DNA of 64,000 nucleotides from the human T2T-CHM13v2.0 reference genome, Homo sapiens. The translations under genes and the position numbers were made by a program. Shown one piece after another: positions 40,401 to 52,876 of this stretch (the stretch's first letter is position 1; every line of letters begins with the position of its first letter). The notes below the pieces were generated by a model that was not told where the DNA came from, did not search any database, and was given only the letters and a program-made list of their open reading frames with translations. The stretch is taken from NCBI GenBank assembly GCA_009914755.4, contig CP086569.2, forward strand, positions 11,104,001 through 11,168,000, read 5' to 3'.

Positions 40401-41763
40401 TAGGCTCTGCCTACATGGGCATTGTGACACATCTCTGAACTGATCAACCTAGTGATGTTAACTCTTCTTTAGGCTCTGCCTATTGGGTCTTCGTGACATA
40501 TCTCTGCACTGATCACCCAAGAGGTGGGACCTTTGTCTAGGCTGTGCCTATGGGGGCATTGTGACATATCTTTACACTGATCACCCAGGTTATGTAACAC
40601 TTGTGTGGGATCAACCTCTGGGAGCATTGTGGCATATTTCTGTACTGATCACCCAGGTGATGGGACGCTTTCCTAGGCTCTGTATATGGGGGCTTTGTGA
40701 CATATCTCTGCTCTGATCACTCAGGTGATGTAACGCTTGACTAGGCTCTGCCTATTGGGGCAAAGTGACATGTCACTGCATTAATCACTCAGATGATGTA
40801 ACTATTGTCTAGCCTCTGTTTAAGGAGACTTGTCACATATCTCTGCACTGATTACACAGCTGATGGAACACTTGTCTAGGCTCTGCCTACATGGGCATTG
40901 TGACACATCCCTGAGCTGATCAACCAAGTGATGTAACAATTGCCTAGGCTCTGCCTACAGTGGCATTGTGACATATCTCTGCACTAATCACCCAGGTGAT
41001 GTAACTCTTGTATAGGATCACTCCACTCCACGCCATTCTGCTCCACTCCACTCCAGTCCAGTCGACTCCACTGAATTCCATTCCACTCCCCGCCATTCCA
41101 CTCAACTCGATTCCACTCCAGTCCAGTATATTCCACTCCACTCCACTCCATTCCACTTCACTCCATTCCATTTCACAGCACCTCATTCCATTCCACTCCA
41201 CTCCATTCCATTCCATTCCATTCCATTCCATTCCATTCCATTCCATTCCTTTCCATTATACTCCGTTCCATTCCATTCCACTCAATTCCACTCAACTCCT
41301 TTCCACTCCACTCCATTCCATTCTATTCCATTCCATTCCATTCCATACCACTATAATCCATTCCACTTCATTATTTTCCATTCAACTGCATTCCATTCCA
41401 CTCCACTCCACTTCAATCCACTACATTCCATTCCACTCCACCCCCCTCCAATGCACTCCACTCCACTCCACTAAATTCCATTCCACTCCATTCCATTCCA
41501 CTACATTCCCTTCCAGTCCACTCCATTCCACACCACTCCATTCCACTCAACTCCATTCCATTCCACACCATTCCAATCCATTCCATTCCATTCCATTCCA
41601 TCCCATTCTATTCCATTCCATTCCATTACACTCCATTCCATTCAATTCCATTCTATTGCACTCCATTCCACTATCCGTCATTCCACTCCACTCCATTCCA
41701 ATCCACTCCACTCCATTCCATTCTACTCCATTCCATTTCATTCTACGCCATTCCATTCAATTG

Positions 41764-41828
41764 CTTTATTTCGATTAGATCTCACTCAGTCACCCAGACT
41801 GGAGTGCACTGGCACAATCTTAGCTCAC
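41764..41828 (-). mobile_element. Alu 3'-end fragment, variant A
   Basis: ctttatttcgattagatctcactcagtcacccagactggagtgcactggcacaatcttagctcac. Confidence 0.8.
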
Positions 41829-42716
41829 ATGTCATTTCATCATTCAATTCCATTCCATATCATTCCATTCCACACCATTCCATTCAATTCCACTCCACTC
41901 CACACCATTCAACTCTATTCAATTCCATTCCACTCTTTTTCATTCCATTCCATTCCATTCCACTGCACTCCGATCCACTCCACTCAACTCTGCTCAACTC
42001 CAATCGACTCCCGTTCATTCCTTTCCATTCCATTCTAATCCATTCAATTCCACTCCACTCCAATCCACTCTACTGCACTCCACTCCACTCCATTCCATAA
42101 CATTCCACTGCACTCTGATTAACTACACGCCATTCCACTGCACTCTGATTAACTACACGCAACTCCACTCCACTCCTGTCCACTCCACTCCATTCCATTC
42201 CACTCCACTCCATTCCATTCCATGCCACCTCATTCCATTCCACTCCACCTCATTCCATTCCACTCCACTCCATTTCATTCCATTCCATTCCATTCCATAC
42301 CACTACAATCCATTCCACTTCATTCCATTCCATTCAACTGCATTCCATTCCACTCCACTCCACTCCACTCCCACTCCATTCCATTCCACTCCACTCTCCT
42401 CCACTTCAATCCACTCCACTCCACTAAATTCCATTCTACTCCATTCCACTCCATTCCACTCCAGTCCACTCCACTCCACACCACTCCATTCCACTCGACT
42501 CCATTCCATTCCAAACCATTCCACTCCATTCCACTCCATGCCATTCCATTCCATTCCTTTCCATTCCATTCCATTCCATTCCATTCCATTCTACTGCACT
42601 CCATTCCACTACCCTTCATTCCACTCCACTCCATTCCAATCCACTCCACTCCATTCTACTCCATACCATTCTGCTCCACTCCATTCCATTCCATTCTACT
42701 CCATTCCATTCAATTC

Positions 42717-42781
42717 CTTTATTTCAATTAGATCTCACTCAATCACCCAGACTGGAGTGCAGTGACACAATCTTAGCTCAC
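42717..42781 (-). mobile_element. Alu 3'-end fragment, variant A (HOR paralogue of the 41,764 copy)
   Basis: ctttatttcaattagatctcactcaatcacccagactggagtgcagtgacacaatcttagctcac. Confidence 0.8.
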
Positions 42782-43540
42782 ATGTCATTTCATCATTTGA
42801 TTCCATTCCATATCATTCCATTCCACACCATTCCATTGCATTCAATTCCCCTCCACTCCACACCCCTCTACTCTACTCCATTTCATTCCACTCTTTTTCA
42901 TTCCATTCCATTCCATTCCACAGCACTCCGATCCACTCCACTGAATTCCGCTCAGCTCCAGCCGACTCCCGTTTGTTCCTTTCCGTTACATTCCCTTCCA
43001 TTCAATTCCACTCCACTCCACTCCACTGCACTCCATTCAACTCCATTCCATTCCTTTCCATAACATTCCACTGCACTCCGATTAACTCCACAAAACTCCA
43101 CTCCACTCCACTCCTGTCCATTCCACTCCACTCCATTCCACTGCACTCCACTACACTCCACACAACTCCACTCCACTTCCATCCAGTTCAGTCCATTCCT
43201 TCCACTCCAGTCCATTCCATTCCACTCCACTCCATTCCATTCCATTCAATTCTATTCATTCAATTCCACTCCACTCATTTCCACTCCACTCCACTGCACT
43301 CCATTCCACTCCACTCCACTTCATTCCACTCCACTCCACTCCAAACCAATCCAGTCCACTCCATTACACTCTACTCCACTCTGCTCCCTTCCATTCCACT
43401 GCACTCCACTCCACTCCACTCCATTCCATTCCACTCCAGTCTAATCCTTTCCACTCCATTCCAGTCCACTCCATTCCATTCTACTCCATTCCACTTCACT
43501 CCACTCCACTCAATTCCATTCCACTCGATTCCATTCCATT

Positions 43541-43605
43541 CCTTTGTTTCCACAGGATCTCTCTCTATCACACAGGCGGGAGTTCAGTGGCACAATCTCA
43601 GCTCA
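43541..43605 (-). mobile_element. Alu 3'-end fragment, variant C
   Basis: cctttgtttccacaggatctctctctatcacacaggcgggagttcagtggcacaatctcagctca. Confidence 0.75.
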
Positions 43606-43732
43606 AATTTCTTTACACCATTCCACTGCATTCCATTCCATCCCATTTCATTCCACTTTATTTCATTCCACTCCACCCCACTCCACTCCATTCCAGTCCA
43701 ATTTATTCCATTTCATTCCATTGCTTTCCATT

Positions 43733-43798
43733 CTTTTCTTCCAACAGGACATTACTTTTTCACACATGATGGAGTGCAGTGGCACAATCTCAGCTCAC
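43733..43798 (-). mobile_element. Alu 3'-end fragment, variant B
   Basis: ttcttttcttccaacaggacattactttttcacacatgatggagtgcagtggcacaatctcagctcac, followed by attacatgtcaactttccattgcaatcc. Confidence 0.75.
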
Positions 43799-44343
43799 AT
43801 TACATGTCAACTTTCCATTGCAATCCGTTCCAATCCGTTCCACTCCGTTCCACTCCACTCCAATTAATTTCATTACACTTCTTTCCACTCCACGCCATTC
43901 CATTCCATTACACTCTACTCCGTTCCACTCCACTCCACTCCTATCCACTCCAGTCCACTCTACTCAATTCCATTCCACTCCAGTCCACTCAACCCCACTC
44001 CACTCCACTTCACTCCATTCCACTACACTCTACTGATTCAATTCCATTCCACTCCATTCCATTCCACTCAACTCCTCTCCATTCCATTCCACTCGACTCT
44101 ATTCCATTCCACTCCACTCCACTCCACTCCATTCCACTCCACTCCACTTTATTCCACTCCACTCCACTCCATTCCACTCCACTCCACTCCATTTGATTCC
44201 AATCCATTCCATTCAACTTCACTATAATCCATTCCACTGCAATCCATCCCATTCCATTCGACTCCATTCCACTCCACTCCACTCCATTCCATTCCATTTC
44301 ATTCCTTTCATTCCATTCCATTTCACTCCACTTCATTCCATTC

Positions 44344-44409
44344 CTTTCTTTCAACAGGATATCACAGTGTCACCCAGGTGAGAGTGCAATGGCATAATCT
44401 CAGGTAAGA
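44344..44409 (-). mobile_element. Alu 3'-end fragment, variant B
   Basis: ctttctttcaacaggatatcacagtgtcacccaggtgagagtgcaatggcataatctcaggtaag, followed by attacatgtcaactttacattgcattgcatt. Confidence 0.8.
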
Positions 44410-44629
44410 TTACATGTCAACTTTACATTGCATTGCATTCTATTCCATTCCACTCCACTCCATTCCATGCCATTCCATTCCATTCCATTCCATTCCATTC
44501 CACTCCACTTTACGACATTTCATTCCACTCCACTCCCCTCCACGCCAATCCACTCTACTCCAGTCCTTTCCATTCCACTCCATTCCATTCCTTTCATTCC
44601 ATTCCATTTAACTCCACTGCATTCCATTC

Positions 44630-44692
44630 CTTATTTCGAGAGGATAACACCGTGTCACCCAGGCTGGAGTGCAGTGGCATAATCTCAGCTAA
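44630..44692 (-). mobile_element. Alu 3'-end fragment, variant B
   Basis: ttatttcgagaggataacaccgtgtcacccaggctggagtgcagtggcataatctcagctaag, followed by attacatgtcaactttatattgcattgcatt. Confidence 0.8.
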
Positions 44693-44958
44693 GATTACAT
44701 GTCAACTTTATATTGCATTGCATTCTATTTCATTCCACTCCACTCCATTCCATTCCATTCCATTCCACTCCATTCCATTCCATTGCACTCCATTCAATTC
44801 CATTCCATTCCACACCATTCCCTTCAATTCCATTCCATTACATTCCATTCCTCTACCTTTCATTCCACTCCACTCTATTCAAATCCACTCCACTCCATTA
44901 AACTGCATTCCATTCCGCTGCACTCCTTTCCACTCCCTTCTACTCCATTCATTCCATT

Positions 44959-45023
44959 CCTTTATTTCGACTGGATGTCACACTGTCACGCAGACTGGAG
45001 TGCAGTGGCAAAATCTTAGCTCA
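44959..45023 (-). mobile_element. Alu 3'-end fragment, variant A
   Basis: cctttatttcgactggatgtcacactgtcacgcagactggagtgcagtggcaaaatcttagctcac. Confidence 0.8.
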
Positions 45024-45550
45024 CATTTCATTTCATCATTCGATTCCATTCCATTTCATTCCATTTCACCCCATTCCATTCCATTCCACTCCATTCCACT
45101 CCACTCCACTCCATTCTACTTCATTCAATTCCACTCCATTCCATTCCATTCCACTGCACTTCGATCCACCCCACTCAACTCCACTCCATTCCAATCGAGT
45201 CTACTCCGTTCTGTTCCATTCCATTCCATTCCACTCCACTACATTCCACTCCACTCCATTCCATTCCATTCCATTCCATTCCATTCCATTCCATTCCATT
45301 CCATTCCAATGCACTCCGATCCACTCCACTCAACTCTACTCTACTCCACTCCACTCTGTTCCATACTGTTCCGTTCCCTTCCATTCCATTCCATTTCACT
45401 CCATTCCATTCCACTCCACTCCATCCCACTCCATCCCATTCCATTCCACTCCACTCCATTCCACTCCACTACATTCCATTCCACTCCACTGAATTGCACT
45501 CCATTCTATTACACTGAAATCCATTTCAATTCATTCTATTCCATTCCATT

Positions 45551-45615
45551 CCTTTATTTCTACTGGATCTCACTCTGTCACCCATACTGCCATGCTGTGG
45601 CACAATCTTAGCACA
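45551..45615 (-). mobile_element. Alu 3'-end fragment, variant A
   Basis: cctttatttctactggatctcactctgtcacccatactgccatgctgtggcacaatcttagcacac. Confidence 0.8.
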
Positions 45616-46333
45616 CAATTCATTTCACCATTCCATTCCATTGTATTTTATTCCATCCCATTGCATTCCATTCCATTCCATTCCATTTCATTCCTTTCCA
45701 TTCCAATCCATTACATTCCATTTCATTCCACTCCACTCCACTTCACTCCACTCCACTTCTTTCCATTCCGCTCCATTCCATTCCATTCAATTCCATTTCA
45801 CTGAACTCTGATCCACTCCCCTCACCTACACTCCACTAAACTCCACTCCTTTCCTTTCCATTCCATTCCATTCCACAACTTTCCATTTCATCCCACTCCA
45901 TTTCACTCCATTCAAGTCCACTCCACTCCACTCTTCTCCACTCCATTCCACTACACAAAACTCCACTCCATTCCTTTCCATTCCATTCTATTGCACTGCA
46001 CTCCGATCAACTCCATTCAAATCCACTCCACTCCACTCCACTCAACTCTGTTCCTTTCCATTCCATTCCATTTCACTCCATTCCATTACACTCCACTCCC
46101 TTCCACTCCTCTCCATTTCACTCCATTCCCCTACATTACACTCCATTCCACTCCACTCTACTCCATTGCATTCCACTCCATTCCATTCCATTCCAAAATA
46201 TTCCACTCCAATAAACTCCACTCCATTCTGCTCCACTCCATTACACTCCATTCCATTCCATTCCATTCAATTTGATTCCACTCCTTTCTATTCCTCTCCA
46301 TTCCATTCCATTTTACTCCATTCCATTTCATTC

Positions 46334-46398
46334 CTTCATTTCGACTGGATCTCACTCTGTCACCCAGACTGGAGTGCAGTGGTACAATCTTAGTTCAC
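46334..46398 (-). mobile_element. Alu 3'-end fragment, variant A
   Basis: cttcatttcgactggatctcactctgtcacccagactggagtgcagtggtacaatcttagttcac. Confidence 0.8.
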
Positions 46399-47263
46399 AT
46401 TTCATTTCACCATTCCATTCCATTCCGTTGCATTCCATTCCATTCCGTTGCATTCCATTCCATTCCATTCCATTCCATTCCATTCCATTCCATTCCATTC
46501 CATTCCGTTCATTTCCATTCCACTCCATTTCATTCAATTCCATTCCACTCCGTTCAATTCGATTCCACTCCACACTGATACACTCCACTCCACTGCATTC
46601 CATTCCACTCAACTGCTTTCCATTCCATTCCACTCAATTCTACTCCACTCCACTCCATTCCATTCTATTCCATTCCACTGCACAAGCATCCACTCAAAAC
46701 AACTCCACTCCAATCCACTCCATTCAGTTCCATTTCATTACATTCCCCTCCATTGCATTCCATTCCACTCCATTCCACTCCACTCTATTTCACTCCATTC
46801 CCCTCAATTCCAGTCCACTCCATTCCACCCTACTCCATTTCATTCCACTGCATTCCATTCCATTCCCATAAATTCCATTCAATTTCATTCAACTCCATGC
46901 CACTCCACTCCATTCCACTAAACTCCGTTCCACTACATGCCATTCCTTTCCATTCAATTGCACTCCAATCCATTCCACTCAACTCCATTCCATTCCATTC
47001 CATTCCACTGCAATCCGATCCACTGCACTCAACTCCACTCCACTCCACTTCAGTGAACTTATTACATTCCATTCCGTTCCTTTCCGTTCCATTCCGCTCA
47101 AGTCCATTCCAGTCCACTCCATTCTACCCCACTCCATTTCAATCAATTCCACTCCACTCCACTCCATTCCATTCCACTCCATTCCACTTCATTCTATTGC
47201 ATTCCACTCCATTCCATTCCACTCCACTCCATTCCATTCCAATTTACTCCCTTCCATTCCATT

Positions 47264-47328
47264 CTTTAATTTCTACTGGATTTCACTCTGTCACCCAGAC
47301 TGAAGTGCAGTGGCACAATCTTAGCTCT
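47264..47328 (-). mobile_element. Alu 3'-end fragment, variant A
   Basis: ctttaatttctactggatttcactctgtcacccagactgaagtgcagtggcacaatcttagctct. Confidence 0.8.
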
Positions 47329-48183
47329 TATTTCATTTCATCGTTCCATTCCATTCCTTTCCACTCCATTCCATTCCATTGCATTCCACTCCACTCCACT
47401 CTGCTGCACTCCACTCCATTCCATTCCACTCCACTCCCTTCCATTCCATTCCATTAAATTCCATTCCTTTCATTTCCATTCCATTCCAGTGTACTACGAT
47501 CCACTCCACTCCACTACACTCCTCTCTGTTCCGTTCCATTCCTTTCCATTCCATTCCATTCTGCTCCTTTCCATTACATTCCTCTCCACTCCTTTCCATT
47601 CCACTCCATTCCACTCCATTGCACTACAGTCCACTCCACTCCACTCCATTCCATTCCATTGCATTCCATTCCATTCCATTCCATTCCACTGCACTCTCAT
47701 CCACTCCAGTTATCTCCACCCCACTCCACTCCAATCCACTTCATTCCATTTTGTCTCATTCCATTCCGTTTCATTCCACTCCATTGAATTCCACTCCACT
47801 CCATTTCACTCGTTCCACTCCATTCCACTCCACTCCACTGCACTCCACTCCATTCTATTCCACTCTCTTCCATTCCACTCCACTCCATTTCATTCTACTC
47901 CACTCCACTCCATTCTATTCCCCTCCATTCCATTCTACTCCAATCCATTCCACTCAACTCCATTCCACTCCACTCCATTCCATTCTAATCCATTCCAGTC
48001 CTACCAAATCCATTCCAATCCACTCCACTCCATTCCATTCCACTCCATTCCTCTCCTTTCCACTACAATCCAGTTTTATTCCACTCTATTCCAGTTCACT
48101 CCATTCCACTCCAATCAACTTCATTCCTGTCCATCCCATTCCATACATTCCATTCGATTACATTCTAATCAATTCCATGACAT

Positions 48184-48250
48184 TCTTTATTTCTACTGGA
48201 TCTCACTCTGTAACTCAGACTGGAGTGCCATGGCACAATCTTAGCTCACA
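48184..48250 (-). mobile_element. Alu 3'-end fragment, variant A
   Basis: tctttatttctactggatctcactctgtaactcagactggagtgccatggcacaatcttagctcac. Confidence 0.8.
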
Positions 48251-49579
48251 TTTCATTTCAACAATCCATTCCATTCCATTCCATTTCTTTCCATTCCATT
48301 GCATTCCATTAAATTACATTACCTTACATTACCTTCCACTCCACACCACCTCACTCCACTCCACTAGACTCCATTCCATTCCACTCCATTCCATTCCAGT
48401 TCACTCCATTCCATTCCATTCTATTCAACTCCATACCACTCCATTACACTCTGCTCCATTCCACTCAACTCCATTTCACTCCTCTCCATTCGATTCCACT
48501 TCATTCCTTTCCATTTGACTCCATTCCATTGAACTCTACTCCATTTTACTCCATTCCACTCCACTCCACTCCTTTCCACTCCACTCCACCCAACTCCATT
48601 CAACTCCACTTCACTCCACTCCATTCCATTCCACTCCACTCCCTTCCATTTCACTCCATCCCATTCCACTTCACACCACTACATTCCACTCCAATCCACG
48701 CCACTCCAATTCACTCCACTGAACTCCATTGCATTCCATTCCTTTCCACTTCACTCCATACCCTTCCATTCCACACCATTCCATGCCATTCCATTCCACT
48801 GCACTTCGATCCAATCAACCCCACTGCACTCCACTTCATTCCGTTCTGTTCCTTTCCATTCCGTTCCATTCCATTCAGTTCTGTTCAATTTGATTCCATT
48901 CCACTCCACTCCATTCCATTCCCTCCATTCCACTCCATTCCTCTCTGCTGCACTCCACTCCACTCCCCTCCATTCCATTCCATTCCATTCCGTTCCATTC
49001 CATTCCGTTCCTTTCCACGCTATTCAGATCCACTCCACTCAAAACCACTCCACTCCAATTGACTCTATTCCGTTACAATCTGTTCTGTTCCAGTCCATTC
49101 CATTCCATTCTATTCTGTTCCATTCCATTACGTTCATTTACTTTCCATTCTATGCTATTGCGTTCCACTGCACTTCGATCCATTCCACTCAATTCCACTC
49201 CACTCCACTCCACCCTGTTCTGTTCCGTTTCATTCCATTCCGATCCGTTACGCTCAACTCCGTTCCGTTCTAATCCATTCCACTCCACTGCATTCTATTC
49301 CACTTTACTCCACTGCACTCCAATCCAATCCACTCCACTCCTTTTCATTCCATTCCATTCCATTCCTTTCCATTGCACTCCATTCCATTCCATTCCTTTC
49401 AACCCCATTCCGTTACATTACTGTCCACTCCACTCCACTCCACTCCACCCCAATCCAATCCCTTCCACTCCACTACAGTCCACTCCACTCTATTCCACTC
49501 CACTCCAATCCACTCAATTCCACTTCATTCCATTCCACTCCACTCCATTCCATTCCATTCTAGTACATTCCATTCCATT

Positions 49580-49645
49580 GTTCTATGTCGACTGGATCTC
49601 ACTCCGTCACCCAGACTGAAGTGCAGTGGCACAATCTAAGCTCAC
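49580..49645 (-). mobile_element. Alu 3'-end fragment, variant A
   Basis: gttctatgtcgactggatctcactccgtcacccagactgaagtgcagtggcacaatctaagctcac. Confidence 0.8.
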
Positions 49646-50207
49646 ATTTCATTTCGCCCCTCCATTCCATTCCATTCCGTTCCACTGCTCTTGGATCCGC
49701 TCCGCTCCACTACCCTCCACTTAACTCCACTCCACTCTGTTCCAGACCATTCCATTCTGTTCCATTCCATTCCATTCCACTCCACTCCATTCCATTCCAC
49801 TCCATTTCTGTCCATTCCACTCCAGTCCACTCCATTCCATTCCATTTCATTCCATGCCTCTGCACTCCGATCCACTCCACTCAACTCCACTGCACTCTTC
49901 ACCTCTTTGTTCCATTCCATTCTGTTCTATTCCCTTCCTTACCATTCTATTCCATTCCATTTCATTCCACTCCACTCGATTCCACTCCACTCCATTTCAC
50001 TCCATTCCACTCAATTCCACTCCACTCTACTCTACTCCACTACACCCAATTCCATTCTACTCCATTTCATTCCATTCCACTGCATTCCATTTGATTCCAT
50101 TCCACTCCATTCCACTTCATTCCTTTCCACTCCACTCCACTCCATTCCACTCCATTCCATTGCCCACCACTCCATTACAATACATTCTATTCCATTCCAT
50201 TCCATTC

Positions 50208-50271
50208 GTTTATTGCATCTGGAACTCACTTTGTCACAGAGACTGGAGTGCAGTGGCACAATCATAGCTGA
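50208..50271 (-). mobile_element. Alu 3'-end fragment, variant A (diverged)
   Basis: cgtttattgcatctggaactcactttgtcacagagactggagtgcagtggcacaatcatagctgac. Confidence 0.75.
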
Positions 50272-51834
50272 CATTTCATTTCACCTTTCCGTTTCATTCC
50301 ATTCTATTCCATTCCATTGCATTCCATTCCCTTCCATTCCACTCCACTCCATTCCACCTCATTCCACTCTACTCCGATCCACTCCACTCCACTCCACCCC
50401 GTTCCATTCCATTCCGTTCCATTCCATTCCATTCCGTTCCATTCGATTGCATTCAACATCACTCCATTCCACTCCACTCCACTCAATTCAACTCCAGTCC
50501 ACTCCACTTCATTCCTTTCCACTCCACTCCACCCCACTCCACTCCACTCCTTTCCATTGCACTCCATTCCACTCCATTCCACTCCAATCCACTCCTTTTC
50601 ATTTCATTTCACTCCATTCTGTTCCACTCCATTCCTCTCCAGTCCACTTCATTCCACCCCTTTCCACTCCATTCCACCCCAATCCACTCCATTCCACTCC
50701 ACTACACTCCATTTCATTCCACTACACTCCTTTTCATTCCTTTCCCTTCCACTCCTTTCCACTCCATTCCATTCCATCCCATTCTATTCCACTCAAGTCC
50801 ACTCCATTCAACTCCACTCCACTCCATTCCACTCCATTCCATTCCATTTCATGCCATTCTACCCCATTCCATTAAATTCCATTCCACTCCATTCCCCTCC
50901 ATTCCACTCTCTTCCACTCCATTCCATTCCATTCCACTCCACTCCTTTCCAATCCGTTCCAATACATTTCATTCCACTCCACTCCACTCCTCTCCATTCC
51001 ACTATTCCACTCCAGTTCCTTTTACTCAACTCCATTCAACTCCTTTTGACTCCACTCCAGTCCACTTCTTTCCTTTCCATTCCACTACATTCCTCTGCAG
51101 TCCACTTTACTCCATTGCATTCCACTCCACTCCAATCCATTACACTCCACTCCTCTCCACTCCCCTCCATCCCATTCCACTCCTTTTCAGTCCAATCCAC
51201 TCCACTACATTCCTATCCATGACACTCCATTTCACTCTACTCCACTCCTCTCCAGTCCACTACATTCCAATACACTCCAATCCATTCATCTCCACTCCAT
51301 TACATTCAACTCTACTGCATTCCATTCCATTTCACTTCATTCCATTCCGTTCCTTTTGACTGCATTCCATTCCACTGCATTCCATTCCACTCTACTCCTT
51401 TACATTCCATGCCATTCCATTGTATTCCATTCAATTTCATTCCATTCCATTCCATTCCACTACATTCCCTTACACTTCATTCCATTCCATTCAACTCCAT
51501 TCCATTCCACTCCACTCCACTGCACTCCGCGCCACTCCATTGCACTCCACTCCCCTCCACCCCAATCGACTCCCATTCAGTCCATTTCTTTCCACTCTTT
51601 TCCACTCCATTCCCCTGCATTCCACTCCAATCCAATCCACTCAACACCAATCCACTTCCCTCCATTATATTCCATTCCACTACTTTCCATTCCATTGCAC
51701 TCCATTCCATTTTATTCCATTCCATTGCACTCCATTCCACTACCCTTCATTCCTCTCCACTCAATTCCAATCCATTTCACTCCATTGCATTCCGCTCCAC
51801 TCCATTCCATTCCCTTCTACTCCCTTCATTCCAT

Positions 51835-51900
51835 TATTTATTTCGACTATATCTCACTCTGTTACCCAGACGGGAGTGCAGTGGCACAATCTTAGCTCAC
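51835..51900 (-). mobile_element. Alu 3'-end fragment, variant A
   Basis: atttatttcgactatatctcactctgttacccagacgggagtgcagtggcacaatcttagctcac. Confidence 0.8.
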
Positions 51901-52190
51901 ATTTTATTTCATCATTTGATCCCATTCCATTTCATTCCATTCCACTCCATTCCATTCCATTCCAATCCACTCCACACTACTCCACTCAACAGCAATCCAC
52001 TCCACTCCATTCCGTTCCACTCTATTCCATTCCATTGCATTGCATTCCATTCCTTTCCATTCCATTCTATTCCATTCCATTGCACTTCATTCCACTACCC
52101 TTCCTTCCACTCCATTCCAATCCAATCCATTCCACTCCTTTACACTCTATTTCATTCTGCTCCACTCCATTCCATTGCCTTCTATTCCAT

Positions 52191-52256
52191 TCTTTATTTT
52201 GACTGGATCTCACTCTGTCACCCAGACTGGGGTGCAGTGGCATAATCTTAGCTCAC
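52191..52256 (-). mobile_element. Alu 3'-end fragment, variant A
   Basis: tctttattttgactggatctcactctgtcacccagactggggtgcagtggcataatcttagctcac. Confidence 0.8.
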
Positions 52257-52818
52257 ATTTCATTTCATCATTCAATTCCATTCCATTTCATTCCGTTCCC
52301 CTCCATTCCCTTCCATTCCAGTCCACTCCACACCACTCCACTCCACTCTACTCCATTCCATTCCATTCCATTCCCATCCTTTCCATTCCATTCCTTTCCA
52401 CTGCACTGCGATCCAATCCACTCAACTCCACTTCTCTGCAATCAACTCTAGTCTGTTCCGTTCCATTCCATTCCTTTCCATTCCATTCCATTCCACTCCA
52501 CTCCATTCCACTCAACTCCACTGCACTCCACTCTACTCCATTCCCTTCCATTCCATTCCACTGTACTCTTATCCGCTCCACTCAACTCCACTCTACTGAA
52601 CTCCACTCCATTCAATTCTGTTCCATTCCCTACCATTCCATTCCATTCCACTTCATTCCATTGCACTCCACTCCACTCCATTCCACACCATTCCACTCCA
52701 TTCCACTCCACTCAATTCCACTCCACTACATTCCACTCCACTACACTCCATTGCATTCCATTCTATTCCATTCCACTACATTACATTCTATTCCACTCTA
52801 TTCCATTATATTACATTC

Positions 52819-52876
52819 CTTTATTTCGAATGGATCTCACTCTGTCACCCATATTGGAGTGCACAATCTTAACTCA
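52819..52876 (-). mobile_element. Alu 3'-end fragment, variant A, with an internal deletion of about 6 bp
   Basis: cctttatttcgaatggatctcactctgtcacccatattggagtgcacaatcttaactcat. The gtggca hexamer is missing. Confidence 0.75.

Larger units (their letters stand above)
20184..41017. repeat. Beta satellite (BSAT / Sau3A family) array, 68-bp monomer, about 306 monomers. Consensus here is roughly CTGCACTGATCACCCAGGTGATGTAACTCTTGTCTAGGCTCTGCCTACAGGGGGCATTGTGACATATCT.
   Basis: Seen directly: a strict 68-bp period (ctgcactgatcac to the next ctgcactgatcac is 68 nt) with a conserved GATC (Sau3A) site in every monomer. The 68-bp Sau3A beta satellite of acrocentric p-arms and chr1/9/Y is established knowledge. 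Confidence 0.93.
41018..43545. repeat. HSat3 higher-order repeat of about 950 bp, about 2.6 copies, starting at the BSAT junction. Each copy holds one Alu fragment.
   Basis: ccataccacta(t/c)aatccattccacttcatt at 41,345 and 42,297 (period 952). The Alu fragments at 41,764 and 42,717 are 953 bp apart. The long collinear match 41,830-42,180 versus 42,782-43,150 includes ctgcactc(tg/cg)attaactac/cc. Confidence 0.8.
44344..44930. repeat. Tandem duplication of about 290 bp (Alu-fragment variant B plus GCATT tract plus HSat3).
   Basis: ggcataatctcag(g/c)taagattacatgtcaacttta(c/t)attgcattgcattctatt at 44,390-44,440 and 44,675-44,730. ORFs 44414.. and 44699.. begin MSTLHCIAFYSIPLHSIP and MSTLYCIAFYFIPLHSIP. 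Confidence 0.75.

Noticed and set aside
20184-41017. 60-135 aa ORFs in the beta satellite (e.g. 24466..24873), many sharing ...ITWVISAEICHNAP... motifs
   Set aside because: They are the 68-bp monomer translated repeatedly. The peptide motifs recur with the monomer period. They are not genes.
20184-41017. A regular 68-bp periodic array that superficially resembles a CRISPR-like repeat/spacer array
   Set aside because: There are no unique spacers. Every unit is a diverged copy of the same monomer. It is eukaryotic beta satellite with a GATC site.
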